A stretch of DNA of 64,000 nucleotides from an uncultured Candidatus Saccharibacteria bacterium (GTDB lineage Bacteria > Patescibacteriota > Saccharimonadia > Saccharimonadales > JACDBH01), in the NCBI GenBank assembly GCA_964431415.1, contig CAYSJS010000005.1:7132-71131 (forward strand). The letters are read 5' to 3'. Positions 19,126 through 29,580 of this stretch are shown here, piece after piece. The notes under the pieces were generated by a model. The model saw only the letters and a program-made list of their open reading frames with translations, ran no database searches and was not told the origin of the DNA. Each line of letters opens with the position of its first letter. Within the stretch, counting starts at the first letter, position 1. A program made the position numbers and the translations under genes.

Positions 19126-20882
19126 AGCAACTTATAAGCGTCATCATCCCGACATATAACCGGGCAGACTATCTGCCGCTTGCGATAAATAGCGTTCTGA
19201 ACCAGCGGCTGCCCAAGAACTTTCGCCTAGAGGTCATTGTTGTCGATGACGGCTCGGAAGACGATACCGATACAGTAATGTCCCGTTTTTCCAAAAAAGT
19301 AACATACAAAAAAATTCCTCATAGCGGCAAGCCCGCCACACCACGGAACGAAGCCCTAAAGATCGCTCAGGGCGATATTATTGCCTTCCAAGATTCAGAC
19401 GATCTTTGGGCAGAAGATAAGCTCCTGCACCAGCTTCCGGTCTTTGAAGATAAGCGTATTGTTATGTCTTTCGGCAACACAGAGACTATGGATCGTGATG
19501 GTAAAAAATCAGATAAACAAACCCTGAAAACGGAAGACTTAATTAATGCTGAAAGTTTTGAAGGTTTATTAAGTCAAAACACTGTTTCTACATTAACGGT
19601 CATGATCAGATCAAATATACTTAAGAAAACTGGTTTCTTTAACGAGACAGACGGTCTGCGTGCAGTTGAAGATTATGAATTATGGCTTCGGATTGCAGCC
19701 TCCTATCCTAAAGGATTAAAGCATGTACCGGACACACTAGCCTATTACAGAGTTCATGACCAAAACATCAGCAAGACAAACGACCTTACTGCGGTCGAAC
19801 GCCTCTGTACCGTACAAGAAACTCTATTAGATTACGCAGGCTTAAGCACAGAACACAGATCAATGACAGAAGCTATGCTAGCGAACATGCAAGAAAACTG
19901 GTCGCGGCTATGTAACGAGCTTTCACCAAAAACACGTCCAAAAATTTCGGTAGTAATGAGTGTATATAACGGCGAAAAACACCTAAAGAAGGCGATCGAG
20001 GGGATACTAGGACAAACCTACAAAGACTTTGAGTTTGTCATTGTTAACGACGGCAGCACCGACGGTACGGCCAACATACTCGCATCGTATAAGGACCCGC
20101 GTATGCGTGTTATTAATCAGGCTAATCACGGACTGGTATATTCTCTCAATAAAGGCGTACGGCTCGCGCGTGGAAGCTATATTGCTCGGCAAGATGCCGA
20201 TGACATTTCTTTGCCAGACCGCTTCAAAGAAGAGGTGCGACTCCTTGATAAAAATAGCCACTTAGGCTTGGTCGGAACTTTTTTCACCTATATAGATGAA
20301 GATAGCGAAGAGCCCGGAATAACAATTTGTATGCCAACTAAGAGCATAGATATAAAACGTGCTTTATATATAACTAACCCAATCGGCCACGGCACTGCTA
20401 TGTACAGAAAATCAATATTTAGCAGAACCGGATACTATACAAATGCATATGGACCCACTGAAGATTTTGAACTTTGGCGCCGCGTGGCAGACAGCTGGGA
20501 GATCGAGATTATCCCAAAAAGTATGTATCTCTATCGCATTAATAAAAACAGTATTTCTCATACCAAAACCGAGGTGCAGCACGCTAACACGGCAAAGATA
20601 ATTTCTGAGCAATGGGCAAAGCCTTTCTATGGCAAATCGCCTGCTGCGATTGTCGCAGACGGGAGGTATTATAAAAATCTAAAATCACCCTTTGCTTCAC
20701 TCGTCTTTGATCAATATGCCGCGCACCAAATAGATATTGCTAAAGCACTCCTAAACACCGGCGCAGTCAAACCGGGACTGCTCACTGCATATGCAGCTAT
20801 ACGACTTAAGCCACGTTCATATACACTATTTATTAAACCGATATTAGTTGGAATACTTAAATTTACAAGGATCAAACTATGA
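19122..20882 (+). CDS. Bifunctional glycosyltransferase with two GT2 (GT-A) domains
   Basis: Two complete modules are present: ISVIIPTYNR...VVDDGSEDDT...FQDSDD and ISVVMSVYNGEKHL...VIVNDGSTDGT...RQDADD. I prefer ATG 19122 (an ATGA overlap with the previous stop) over the track start at 19107. Confidence 0.8.
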   Translation: MKQLISVIIPTYNRADYLPLAINSVLNQRLPKNFRLEVIVVDDGSEDDTDTVMSRFSKKVTYKKIPHSGKPATPRNEALKIAQGDIIAFQDSDDLWAEDKLLHQLPVFEDKRIVMSFGNTETMDRDGKKSDKQTLKTEDLINAESFEGLLSQNTVSTLTVMIRSNILKKTGFFNETDGLRAVEDYELWLRIAASYPKGLKHVPDTLAYYRVHDQNISKTNDLTAVERLCTVQETLLDYAGLSTEHRSMTEAMLANMQENWSRLCNELSPKTRPKISVVMSVYNGEKHLKKAIEGILGQTYKDFEFVIVNDGSTDGTANILASYKDPRMRVINQANHGLVYSLNKGVRLARGSYIARQDADDISLPDRFKEEVRLLDKNSHLGLVGTFFTYIDEDSEEPGITICMPTKSIDIKRALYITNPIGHGTAMYRKSIFSRTGYYTNAYGPTEDFELWRRVADSWEIEIIPKSMYLYRINKNSISHTKTEVQHANTAKIISEQWAKPFYGKSPAAIVADGRYYKNLKSPFASLVFDQYAAHQIDIAKALLNTGAVKPGLLTAYAAIRLKPRSYTLFIKPILVGILKFTRIKL

Positions 20883-22072
20883 AAATACTACACACAGTCG
20901 AGTTCTACTATCCGTCGCGCGGCGGAGCGCAAGAGGTGGTACGACATTTAAGCGAACGTATGGTAAAAGCTGGGCACGACGTCACTGTAGCAACTTCAAG
21001 ACTTCCGGAACGCGAGTCGCTGATGCACAATGGTGTAAAAATTGTTGAGTTTGCGGTTAGCGGCAACACCGTGCGAGGAATTAAGGGTGAAAAGAAAAAG
21101 TACCAGGACTTTTTGCGAGCAAACAAGTTTGATGTTGTCATGAATTATGCAGCACAGCAGTGGACGGTTGACGCATTCAACGAAATCATCGACGAAATCA
21201 GTGCAGTAAAGGTGCTAGTGCCCTGTGGCTATTCGGCACTCTATGATCCCGCCTACGGCACCTACTTCGAGCATATGCCAGACATCCTTAATAAATATGA
21301 CGTAAGCGTCTATTTATCCGACAATTATCGAGACATTAATTTTGCTCGTGAACATAAAATAACTAACACAATTCTTATCCCTAACGGTGCCGATGAGAAT
21401 GAGTTTATGGATATCATGAGCGAAGAAGACAAGCGCTTATTCAGGAATCTGTTTGGAATCGGCGGCCTGACACTTGTTACCGTGGGAAATTATACTGGCG
21501 AAAAAGGACACCGCGAACTTCTTGAGGTATTTCGTAAATTGCCCGTATCAAAAGCAACTCTTGTCTCTGCAGGAACACTGAAACAGCACGATGGATATTT
21601 TGACGAGTTCGCACGCCAGGCATGGAAGATCAACCATAGCCGTAAACATCTTGGCAAGCGTGTCGTAATGATTGACGGCACAGACCGACCGACAATCGTA
21701 AAAGCCATGAAGTCGGCAGACATCTTTGTGTTCCTGTCTAATATTGAGGCAAGCCCGGTAGTCATGTTTGAAGCAGCTGCGTCCTGTCTGCCTTTTGTGG
21801 CAACAGCTGCCGGCAATAATGAAGAAATCGGCAGCTGGCTGAAGAATGGCGTCATCGTAAAAACCAAGCCGATGCCAAACGGGCGCGTTGCCGGAGATAT
21901 TAACAGTGCAATTTGGCATATTACAAAAATGGCAAGAAACCCAGAACGGCGCAGGGCGCTTGGGCTAATGGGCAGAAAGATGTGGGAAAAGAAATACACC
22001 TGGGAAAAACTCGCGAACGATTATATTAAGCTTTACGAAAAATTGCTGAAACAAAAGGGAGCAAAAAAGTGA
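20879..22072 (+). CDS. Glycosyltransferase family 4
   Basis: 397 aa. MKILHTVEFYYPSRGGAQEVV is a GT4 N-terminus and SNIEASPVVMFEAAASCLPFVAT is the C-terminal motif. Confidence 0.8.
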   Translation: MKILHTVEFYYPSRGGAQEVVRHLSERMVKAGHDVTVATSRLPERESLMHNGVKIVEFAVSGNTVRGIKGEKKKYQDFLRANKFDVVMNYAAQQWTVDAFNEIIDEISAVKVLVPCGYSALYDPAYGTYFEHMPDILNKYDVSVYLSDNYRDINFAREHKITNTILIPNGADENEFMDIMSEEDKRLFRNLFGIGGLTLVTVGNYTGEKGHRELLEVFRKLPVSKATLVSAGTLKQHDGYFDEFARQAWKINHSRKHLGKRVVMIDGTDRPTIVKAMKSADIFVFLSNIEASPVVMFEAAASCLPFVATAAGNNEEIGSWLKNGVIVKTKPMPNGRVAGDINSAIWHITKMARNPERRRALGLMGRKMWEKKYTWEKLANDYIKLYEKLLKQKGAKK

Positions 22073-22953
22073 TCATCGCTAAACTCCAGGGCGGCCACAG
22101 TAACCAGCTTTTTCAGTACGCAGTTGCACGTCGGCTTGCCATTGAACGCAGAACTACGGTTGGACTCGACATCGACTGGTTTAAAGATGTGCCGCAAGTT
22201 GATTCAATCCGAGAGTATGAGCTAGGCTGTTATCCCTTGGAAGCAAAGATAGTTAATCCAAAAAAACTCTCGATTGTCGACCCAAGACACCCCCACAGCA
22301 GAAAAGATGTGCTCTTCAAAAAAGTCAGACTTTCTAAAAAAATATGGGTGCACCACGAGGAGGGTCAAGGGTTTCATCAAGACTTCCTCCGAATTCCCGA
22401 CAACACTATGATGGTTGGATTCTGGCAGTCCGAAAAGTATTTCTCGGATATCCGCGATATTCTTATAAAAGAACTTGAACCAACCACCCCTCTAACCGAG
22501 AAAAACAAAGCATACTTAAAAGATATTACTTCTCATGACTCAATTGCGATCCACGTTCGAAGAGGCGATTATGTAACCAACAAGAATGCAAACGCTTTCC
22601 ATGGTATTCTTCCGATCAGTTATTACAAAAAGGGAGTGGAATACATAAGCAAAAAGCTACGCAAAAAAGATCTAAAAATCTTTGTATTCTCAAATGACAT
22701 TTCGTGGTGCAAGAAGAACATATCCTTTGATATTCCTGTCGTATATGTGGAAGGCAATACGCATGGTTCAGATGATATGCGACTCATGAAACATTGTAAA
22801 CATTTCGTTATGGCGAATAGCACTTTTAGCTGGTGGGGTGCGTGGCTTGCGACAAACGAAGACAAGATTGTGGTGGCGCCAAAGAAATGGTTTCAAGATA
22901 AAGCTGCAGATAATGCGATCGATATTGTCCCGGATAATTGGGTAAGGCTATAA
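22069..22953 (+). CDS. Alpha-1,2-fucosyltransferase (GT11)
   Basis: 294 aa with the GT11 signatures GGHSNQLFQYA, IHVRRGDY and NSTFSWWGAWL. Confidence 0.85.
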   Translation: MIIAKLQGGHSNQLFQYAVARRLAIERRTTVGLDIDWFKDVPQVDSIREYELGCYPLEAKIVNPKKLSIVDPRHPHSRKDVLFKKVRLSKKIWVHHEEGQGFHQDFLRIPDNTMMVGFWQSEKYFSDIRDILIKELEPTTPLTEKNKAYLKDITSHDSIAIHVRRGDYVTNKNANAFHGILPISYYKKGVEYISKKLRKKDLKIFVFSNDISWCKKNISFDIPVVYVEGNTHGSDDMRLMKHCKHFVMANSTFSWWGAWLATNEDKIVVAPKKWFQDKAADNAIDIVPDNWVRL

Positions 22954-22958
22954 ATATC

Positions 22959-23888
22959 ATGGGAGCGCGCTCACCTAAGATTAGCGTTATTATGAGCGTA
23001 TACAACGGCGCGCCGTATGTGGGCGCTGCTATCGAAAGCATTCTTGCCCAGACATATGCCGATTTTGAACTTATAATTATTAACGACGGCAGCACCGACG
23101 AATCATCGGCAATAATTAAGTCCTACTCCGATCCTCGTATTCGTCTTTTTGAACAAGCAAACAGGGGACTTGTTCCCTCTTTAAATCGTGCACTTTCCGC
23201 TGCTAAGGGTGTATATCTAGCACGACACGATGCCGATGATATTTCACACCCGGATAGATTCATGAAGCAAATAGAGTACTTGGAAAGCAACCCGAGAATT
23301 GCTATTGTAGGCAGTTCTATACAGGTCATGAACACGCAAGGTACTATACTGCACGAACATCACGTTCTGCTAAATAACGCCGAACTTAAACATGAGTTAC
23401 TTATACGCTCACCGTTTGCCCATGGCTCAGTCATGATTCGTGCCGAAGCACTCAAACGAACAGGTAGCTATGATTCTCATTATTGGCCTGCCGAAGACTA
23501 TGAGCTCTGGATACGTCTTGGCAGCGTCGGAAAGTTTCATAATTTAGATGAATGCCTATACAGATACCGAGAACACGAGGGCAGCATTTCTGCAAAAAAT
23601 CGCGCACTACAGAAAGACGCTTTACAGCGATGCCAAGAAAGAGCATGGGCAAAACGGAACGATTTTGTGAAGCGTGAAGCTTTTAGGCTCAAGGACTACG
23701 CAAATCTTCCTGACGGCAAACGTCAAGTTGACAGAATGATCGCCAATATCAAAACGATCATTAAAGAATCGCTTCAGGATAAAGATATTCGTTTTGCACT
23801 GAAGAACACCAGACTTTTAGCCAAGAATCCTCTCCTGTATCGTAAAATTGCTGGTACTATTAAACGTAAGGTGAGTGGCAAGAAATGA
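22959..23888 (+). CDS. Glycosyltransferase family 2
   Basis: ISVIMSVYNGAPYV...IIINDGSTDES...RHDADD. I prefer ATG 22959 over the TTG at 22938 given in the track. Confidence 0.8.
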   Translation: MGARSPKISVIMSVYNGAPYVGAAIESILAQTYADFELIIINDGSTDESSAIIKSYSDPRIRLFEQANRGLVPSLNRALSAAKGVYLARHDADDISHPDRFMKQIEYLESNPRIAIVGSSIQVMNTQGTILHEHHVLLNNAELKHELLIRSPFAHGSVMIRAEALKRTGSYDSHYWPAEDYELWIRLGSVGKFHNLDECLYRYREHEGSISAKNRALQKDALQRCQERAWAKRNDFVKREAFRLKDYANLPDGKRQVDRMIANIKTIIKESLQDKDIRFALKNTRLLAKNPLLYRKIAGTIKRKVSGKK

Positions 23889-24799
23889 TAAACGATACAA
23901 AGCAGCCAGATATTAGCGTCGCAATCCCTACTTTAAATAGAGGCGAGATTCTTCTGGACACTATTCGTGACGTACTGAAGCAGTCTCATAAAAATCTCGA
24001 GCTCATTGTTGCGGACCAGACAAAAAAACCATCCGCGGATTTTATCTCCAAACTCTCGCAGATCCGTGATCCGCGTCTTCGTTATTACAGAACCGGCCCA
24101 GCTTCACTCCCGGCGGCCAGGAACTTTATTCTGCATCACGCAGCTTCTAAAATAGTACTTTTTTTGGATGATGACGTAGAGCTCAAAAAGGACATGGTGA
24201 AAGCACATCTACAAGCGTTTGCAGAACACCCAGAAGTAAGTGCAGTAGGCGGAAGAGTTATGCAAAAGGATTTCCCAGTAAAAAAAGACGTGCTTACATT
24301 TGATGAATTTGCAATATCCCACGGCGTCTTTACCGCCACTGAAGCAGGCTACACTAATGCCTTCCCGGGCGGCAACCACGCCATCCGCGTAGACGACGCG
24401 TTGGATGCAGGTGGATACGACACAAGATTCTACGGAAATGCCTTTAGGGAAGAGAGCGACATGTCCATAAGACTTAGCAGAAGAGGAAAAAAGATATATT
24501 ACGAACCTAAAGCTGAGCTTCTTCACCTCGCCGCACATTTCGGTGGAGTGGAGTCGCGTGTAAAAGGGCACATATATGACAACCGACTGTTTTATCGTAA
24601 CGAGCTTTTTTTTACCATTCGAAATGTACGTCTTGGTTTGCTGCCGCGTGCACTACGAAAAAAATACCGTGAATACTGCCAGGTGCCTGGCAAAAAAGTG
24701 CGCCTCAAGCGCAGCTACTACTTTATGGAGGGGCTCTGCGCCGCATTTCTCAGACAAATGTTTGGTAAACAAATTCACATGAAAGAGTTATCGAAATAG
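23885..24799 (+). CDS. Glycosyltransferase family 2
   Basis: 304 aa. ISVAIPTLNRGEIL...LIVADQT...FLDDDV. ATGA overlap with the previous gene. Confidence 0.8.
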   Translation: MINDTKQPDISVAIPTLNRGEILLDTIRDVLKQSHKNLELIVADQTKKPSADFISKLSQIRDPRLRYYRTGPASLPAARNFILHHAASKIVLFLDDDVELKKDMVKAHLQAFAEHPEVSAVGGRVMQKDFPVKKDVLTFDEFAISHGVFTATEAGYTNAFPGGNHAIRVDDALDAGGYDTRFYGNAFREESDMSIRLSRRGKKIYYEPKAELLHLAAHFGGVESRVKGHIYDNRLFYRNELFFTIRNVRLGLLPRALRKKYREYCQVPGKKVRLKRSYYFMEGLCAAFLRQMFGKQIHMKELSK

Positions 24800-24800
24800 C

Positions 24801-26012
24801 ATGAAGATAGGCATTGATTTACGCTCACTCGAAGATGGTGCTCAACATCGAGGAATCGGCCGTTACGCGTCAGACCTTATTCACGCCTTAAGTGAAATTG
24901 ATACAAAAAACGAATATGTTTTTTTTCTTTCACATCCAAAAGTAAAAACTCCCGCACTTGCATTAGTAAAAAACTTTTCCGCTACCTACGCCCATGGTAA
25001 GGGCCAGGGTCTGCGCGGTGTTAAATATATACGGATTATATTTATCACCCCACGCGAACTTAAAGTCGATACATATGGAGTAGACGTGTTTTTGCATATT
25101 GACACCTCCTACCCCATACGAGCAAAGACCACTCCGGTTGTCAGTGTAGTATATGACCTTATACCGTATATCTATAAGCAGCAGTATCAGCATGTACATC
25201 TTGGCGGATACACACCCGGTCATCTCATTGGCTACAGTCGCATGCGGCTCAAGTGGATCGTCCTAGAAAGGTGGTTGCAGCGATATGCAAAGTCTGCAAA
25301 AGTAATAAGTATCTCAGAACACAGCAAGCGAGATCTGCTGTCATTTGTACCTAGACTAAACGCAGACAATGTCGTTGCTATACCTTTGGCCGCAGGAAAA
25401 CTGCCGCCAGTAAGCGCCCTGATCGCTTCTAAAATGAAGCAAGAGCACTTTAAAAACTTCTTTTTTTATGTAGGCGGCGCAGATCCACGGAAAGGACTTG
25501 TTAGCCTGGTTGAATCTTTTGAGGAAGTCTGGAAGAAAGAGCCTTCGGCCGAGCTCATCCTGGCCGGCAAAGAGGTTACTGATGTGCGCGTTCCCGAAAC
25601 AGTAAAACTCCATGCCGCACGAGCGAAGTCTTCTCATCCAGAAAAAATTCACTTGCTCGGTTTTGTGACCGACGAAGAGTTGGCATGGTTATACAAAAAC
25701 GCCGTAGCATTCTTATTTCCGAGTCGTTATGAAGGCTTTGGACTTCCTTTGCTTGAAGCAATGCAGGCCGGCTGTCCCGTCATCACGTATGACAATTCAT
25801 CTCTGCCGGAAGTGGCGTCGAAAGCGGCGATCGTACTCAAAGACGGCAGTTCAATGGCAGCTTCTATTTGTAAGTTATTATCCGACAAAAAGTTACGCAA
25901 CGAACTAAGATTAAAGGGCAAGAAGCAAGCGGCACAATTTAACTGGAAGAGTACCGCTTCTCAGACGCTGGCCGTACTTGAATCAGTTGCTATAGACAGG
26001 AGAAAAACATGA
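24801..26012 (+). CDS. Glycosyltransferase family 4 (mannosyltransferase-like)
   Basis: 403 aa. MKIGIDLRSL... N-terminus and FPSRYEGFGLPLLEAMQAGCPVITYDNSSLPEV. Confidence 0.85.
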   Translation: MKIGIDLRSLEDGAQHRGIGRYASDLIHALSEIDTKNEYVFFLSHPKVKTPALALVKNFSATYAHGKGQGLRGVKYIRIIFITPRELKVDTYGVDVFLHIDTSYPIRAKTTPVVSVVYDLIPYIYKQQYQHVHLGGYTPGHLIGYSRMRLKWIVLERWLQRYAKSAKVISISEHSKRDLLSFVPRLNADNVVAIPLAAGKLPPVSALIASKMKQEHFKNFFFYVGGADPRKGLVSLVESFEEVWKKEPSAELILAGKEVTDVRVPETVKLHAARAKSSHPEKIHLLGFVTDEELAWLYKNAVAFLFPSRYEGFGLPLLEAMQAGCPVITYDNSSLPEVASKAAIVLKDGSSMAASICKLLSDKKLRNELRLKGKKQAAQFNWKSTASQTLAVLESVAIDRRKT

Positions 26013-27199
26013 GGATCGGTATTGATCTGCGCCCATTGCAAGGAGAAACACAGTTTCGGGGTATTGGTAAATCTTTGGAATTTTTCTTAGAAACAATAAG
26101 TGAAATGAAAAATTCGAAGCACTCGTACGTATTGTATGTAGATGAAACACTCGCGGTCCCGCCCATAACTAAACTATTCCCTGAATCTAAAATAATACGC
26201 GTCAAGGGTTCGCCGCTTGGCAGAATGCGCTACGTTCGATCAGTATTACCTTCATACACCCCCATTCGTCCATCGCACAAAGACATAGACATTCTCCTTC
26301 AGTATGACGCCTCCCTCGGAGTACCCCGAAACATTCCAACCTTCGTTGTTTTTCACGATTTAATTCCTTATTTGTTTCGCGGAAAAGAAAAAAAGATACC
26401 AGCAGCAGGACTACGTAAGTACAAAAACAAGCTTGCCGGAGCAATGTACTGGAAAAAGTACCTGCGCGTGCTAAATACATATAAAAACGCCGCACATATT
26501 GTTGCGATTTCAGAAGCGTCCAAGCGCGACCTAATTAAGTATGTGCGTGGCGTCAAAGCATCAAAAATAAGCGTGATACCGCATGGCGTAAGAGCATTAG
26601 AAAGCAAGGGCAGTGCTTCTGTGCTGGTAAAAAAAATTGTTGATTCGCCGTATCTTTTATATGTGGGCGGCATAGATCTCAGGAAGAATATCATAGAGCT
26701 CCTCCGAACTTTTTTTGCACTTAAGCCAAATCATCCCGAGTTAAAACTCGTGACTGTCGGGAAAGAGTTTGAACTCACCAGTCAACTTGAAGATCTGGGC
26801 TGGACAGAACTACTAAGAAGCCACCCAGACTATGCAACTGACGTTATCAGACCTGGTTTCTTGTCAGAGAATGACCTTGCATATATTTACAATCACGCAA
26901 GCGCTTTTGTTTTTCCTAGTCACTATGAGGGCTTTGGTATGCCTATTTTAGAAGCAATGTCAGCCGGATGTCCGGTAGTTGCATATGCAAACTCGTCCAT
27001 ACCCGAAGTGGCAGGCGATGCCGCCATTTTACTTAAAAACAAAGATTCTTTTGCAGACGCAGTAGAGCAACTGCTAAACAATAAACCCCTCCGAGAAAAG
27101 TTAGCAAAGGCGGGCAAAAAGCAGGCAAAACTATTTACCTGGCAAAAAACTGCCGAGCGTATTTTGCTTACGCTCGAGAACCACACTAACTCTAAATAA
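26009..27199 (+). CDS. Glycosyltransferase family 4, tandem paralog of 24801..26012
   Basis: 396 aa. [10 protein letters not shown]... and [37 protein letters not shown] overlap with the upstream paralog. Confidence 0.85.
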   Translation: MRIGIDLRPLQGETQFRGIGKSLEFFLETISEMKNSKHSYVLYVDETLAVPPITKLFPESKIIRVKGSPLGRMRYVRSVLPSYTPIRPSHKDIDILLQYDASLGVPRNIPTFVVFHDLIPYLFRGKEKKIPAAGLRKYKNKLAGAMYWKKYLRVLNTYKNAAHIVAISEASKRDLIKYVRGVKASKISVIPHGVRALESKGSASVLVKKIVDSPYLLYVGGIDLRKNIIELLRTFFALKPNHPELKLVTVGKEFELTSQLEDLGWTELLRSHPDYATDVIRPGFLSENDLAYIYNHASAFVFPSHYEGFGMPILEAMSAGCPVVAYANSSIPEVAGDAAILLKNKDSFADAVEQLLNNKPLREKLAKAGKKQAKLFTWQKTAERILLTLENHTNSK

Positions 27200-28214
27200 C
27201 TTCGCGAACTTCTCTTACCTTGCCGCTCATCTCTTCTTCAAGCTCTTTCATATCGGCATCCACCATAAGCTCAGCAAGTTCTTTAAATGTTGTTTTTGGC
27301 TCCCATCCAAGCTGCTTTTTCGCCTTCGCCGGATCGCCTATGAGCAAATCTACTTCTGCTGGGCGGAAGTAGCGCTGATCAATCTCTACGTAATCTTCCC
27401 ATTTCAAGCCAACATGACCAAAAGCTGCTTCCAGAAATTCGCGAATGGTGTGAGTTTCGTTTGTCGCAATGACGTAATCATCGGGTTTATCTTGCTGCAA
27501 CATGAGCCACATAGCTTCAACGTATTCTTTGGCATAGCCCCAGTCGCGCTTCGAATCAATATTGCCCAAGTACAACTTGTCTTGCATGCCAGCCTTAATG
27601 CGCGCCACAGCACGGGTGATTTTACGGGTCACAAACGTCTCACCGCGACGTGGACTTTCGTGGTTAAAAAGAATACCACTGCACGCAAACATACCGTAAC
27701 TTTCGCGGTAATTTGTGGTAATCCAGTGGGCATACAGTTTTGCCACCGCGTATGGTGAACGAGGATAGAAGGGTGTCGTTTCCGTCTGAGGAACAGCTTG
27801 CACTTTACCAAACATTTCACTAGAGGACGCTTGGTAATAACGAGACTTAAGACCAAGCCGGTGAACCGCTTCAAGGATACGAGTAGCGCCCAAGCCTACC
27901 ACATCACCCGTGTATTCCGGAACGTCAAACGACACCCGCACATGGCTCTGTGCAGCCAGATTATAGATTTCGTCCGGTTCGACATCGCGCAAGATGTTGC
28001 TTATAGAACTTGAGTCGCTCAGATCTCCGTAAATAAGATGAAGGCGTGCGCCTTTTTCGTGCGGATCCTGATAAATATGGTCAAGGCGATGTGTGTTAAA
28101 AGAGCTTGCGCGTCTGATAATACCGTATACATCGTAGCCTTTTTCAAGAAGCAGTTCGGCCAAATAGCTCCCGTCCTGACCTGTAATACCGGTGATAAGT
28201 GCTTTTTTTCCCAT
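27192..28214 (-). CDS. gmd: GDP-mannose 4,6-dehydratase
   Basis: [39 protein letters not shown]...[11 protein letters not shown]...[13 protein letters not shown] prefer ATG 28214, which is preceded by AAGAGGAGA, over the track start at 28238. Confidence 0.95.
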   Translation of the reverse strand: MGKKALITGITGQDGSYLAELLLEKGYDVYGIIRRASSFNTHRLDHIYQDPHEKGARLHLIYGDLSDSSSISNILRDVEPDEIYNLAAQSHVRVSFDVPEYTGDVVGLGATRILEAVHRLGLKSRYYQASSSEMFGKVQAVPQTETTPFYPRSPYAVAKLYAHWITTNYRESYGMFACSGILFNHESPRRGETFVTRKITRAVARIKAGMQDKLYLGNIDSKRDWGYAKEYVEAMWLMLQQDKPDDYVIATNETHTIREFLEAAFGHVGLKWEDYVEIDQRYFRPAEVDLLIGDPAKAKKQLGWEPKTTFKELAELMVDADMKELEEEMSGKVREVREVI

Positions 28215-28257
28215 AATTCTCCTCTTATTCTGCTGCATTATATCTTATCATGTAGAC

Positions 28258-29415
28258 ATGAAAGATAAAAAAATTACCGTACTATTCGATGCAAACCCCT
28301 TGATTGCTAATGCTAAGTCGGGCGTAGGATATTACACAAAGGGCGTTATAGAAGCCCTAGCAAACACCTACCCAACCGAGATAAAGCTTGTAGGGCACTA
28401 CTTTAATTTTCTGGGCAGAAAAAGATTCTCCGACCTTCCCTCGGCTAAAAATATTAGTTATACAAGCTCAAAACTTATTCATCCTAAATTTCTCTCATTA
28501 CTTCGTAGATTCGGACTGCAAATTCCCTTTGACTTGCTCATAAAAAGAAGGGGGGAGGTGGCATTTTTCCCTAACTTCGTTACACTACCCGTACTTCAAA
28601 AGCTAAAAAAAGTTGTGGTCATTCACGATCTCTGCTACAAAGAATTTCCTCAGTATGTTCAGCCGGCAAACCGACATTTTTTAGAAAAGTTCGTACCCCC
28701 ATCCGTTAAGCACACAGATGCCGTTGTTACTATTTCTGGTAGTACCCGAAACGCAATTAATAAGTGTTACAACGTACCCGCCAACCATATCGTTGTCACC
28801 CCAATACCCCCGGTACTTGAAAAGAGCGCCGATCATTCGCAGCCTTTTGGAGATAAAAAATATATCTTATTTATGGGTACACTCGAACCAAGAAAAAATT
28901 TCATATCTCTAGCTCGGGCGTATGTTCATTTACCGGAGTATCTAAAACAAGATTACACACTCGTCCTTGCGGGAGGGACGGGCTGGAATAGCGACAGCGA
29001 ACTCGCAGAAATAAAAAAGTATCAAGAAGAAAATGAACAGATCGTACTCACAGGATATGTGAGCGACGCCATGCGCCAGTCACTGTATGCCCATGCGAGT
29101 TTATTTGTGTTGCCGTCTTTTTATGAAGGTTTTGGGATGCCGCTTCTTGAGGCCATGGCATTCGATGTGCCGGTTATTGCAAGCAATATTGAGGTGTTTC
29201 ACGAAGTGTGTGGAAACGCTGCCGCATATGTAGACCCAAAAGATACCAAGAATATGACAAACACCATTACCGAGCTGCTTACCAAAAAGGAATTACGCAA
29301 CTCGCTTATCCGTCGCGGAAACCGCCAAGTCAAAAGCTACTCTTGGGATTCTGTTGCCAGAAAGCTATATGACCTCTTCAAAAGTTCCGGCGGCGGCGAC
29401 CATCCCAACTCGTAA
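28258..29415 (+). CDS. Glycosyltransferase family 4
   Basis: MKDKKITVLFDANPL... and LPSFYEGFGMPLLEAMAFDVPVIASNIEVFHEV. I chose ATG 28258. The track start at 28192 would overlap gmd head-to-head. Confidence 0.85.
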   Translation: MKDKKITVLFDANPLIANAKSGVGYYTKGVIEALANTYPTEIKLVGHYFNFLGRKRFSDLPSAKNISYTSSKLIHPKFLSLLRRFGLQIPFDLLIKRRGEVAFFPNFVTLPVLQKLKKVVVIHDLCYKEFPQYVQPANRHFLEKFVPPSVKHTDAVVTISGSTRNAINKCYNVPANHIVVTPIPPVLEKSADHSQPFGDKKYILFMGTLEPRKNFISLARAYVHLPEYLKQDYTLVLAGGTGWNSDSELAEIKKYQEENEQIVLTGYVSDAMRQSLYAHASLFVLPSFYEGFGMPLLEAMAFDVPVIASNIEVFHEVCGNAAAYVDPKDTKNMTNTITELLTKKELRNSLIRRGNRQVKSYSWDSVARKLYDLFKSSGGGDHPNS

Positions 29416-29580
29416 GCGCCTTTGAAAGTACGCAATATTTGGATCCAGCTCTTGATCGGTCCTAATTTCGTTTGTCTCTTGCGGCGATACGACTTGTTCT
29501 GTGGGTTGATTTGGAAGTGCGCCTTCCATATGTAATACCTCCGTATTTTTATGGTTTTAGGATAACAGACGCGGTATGAT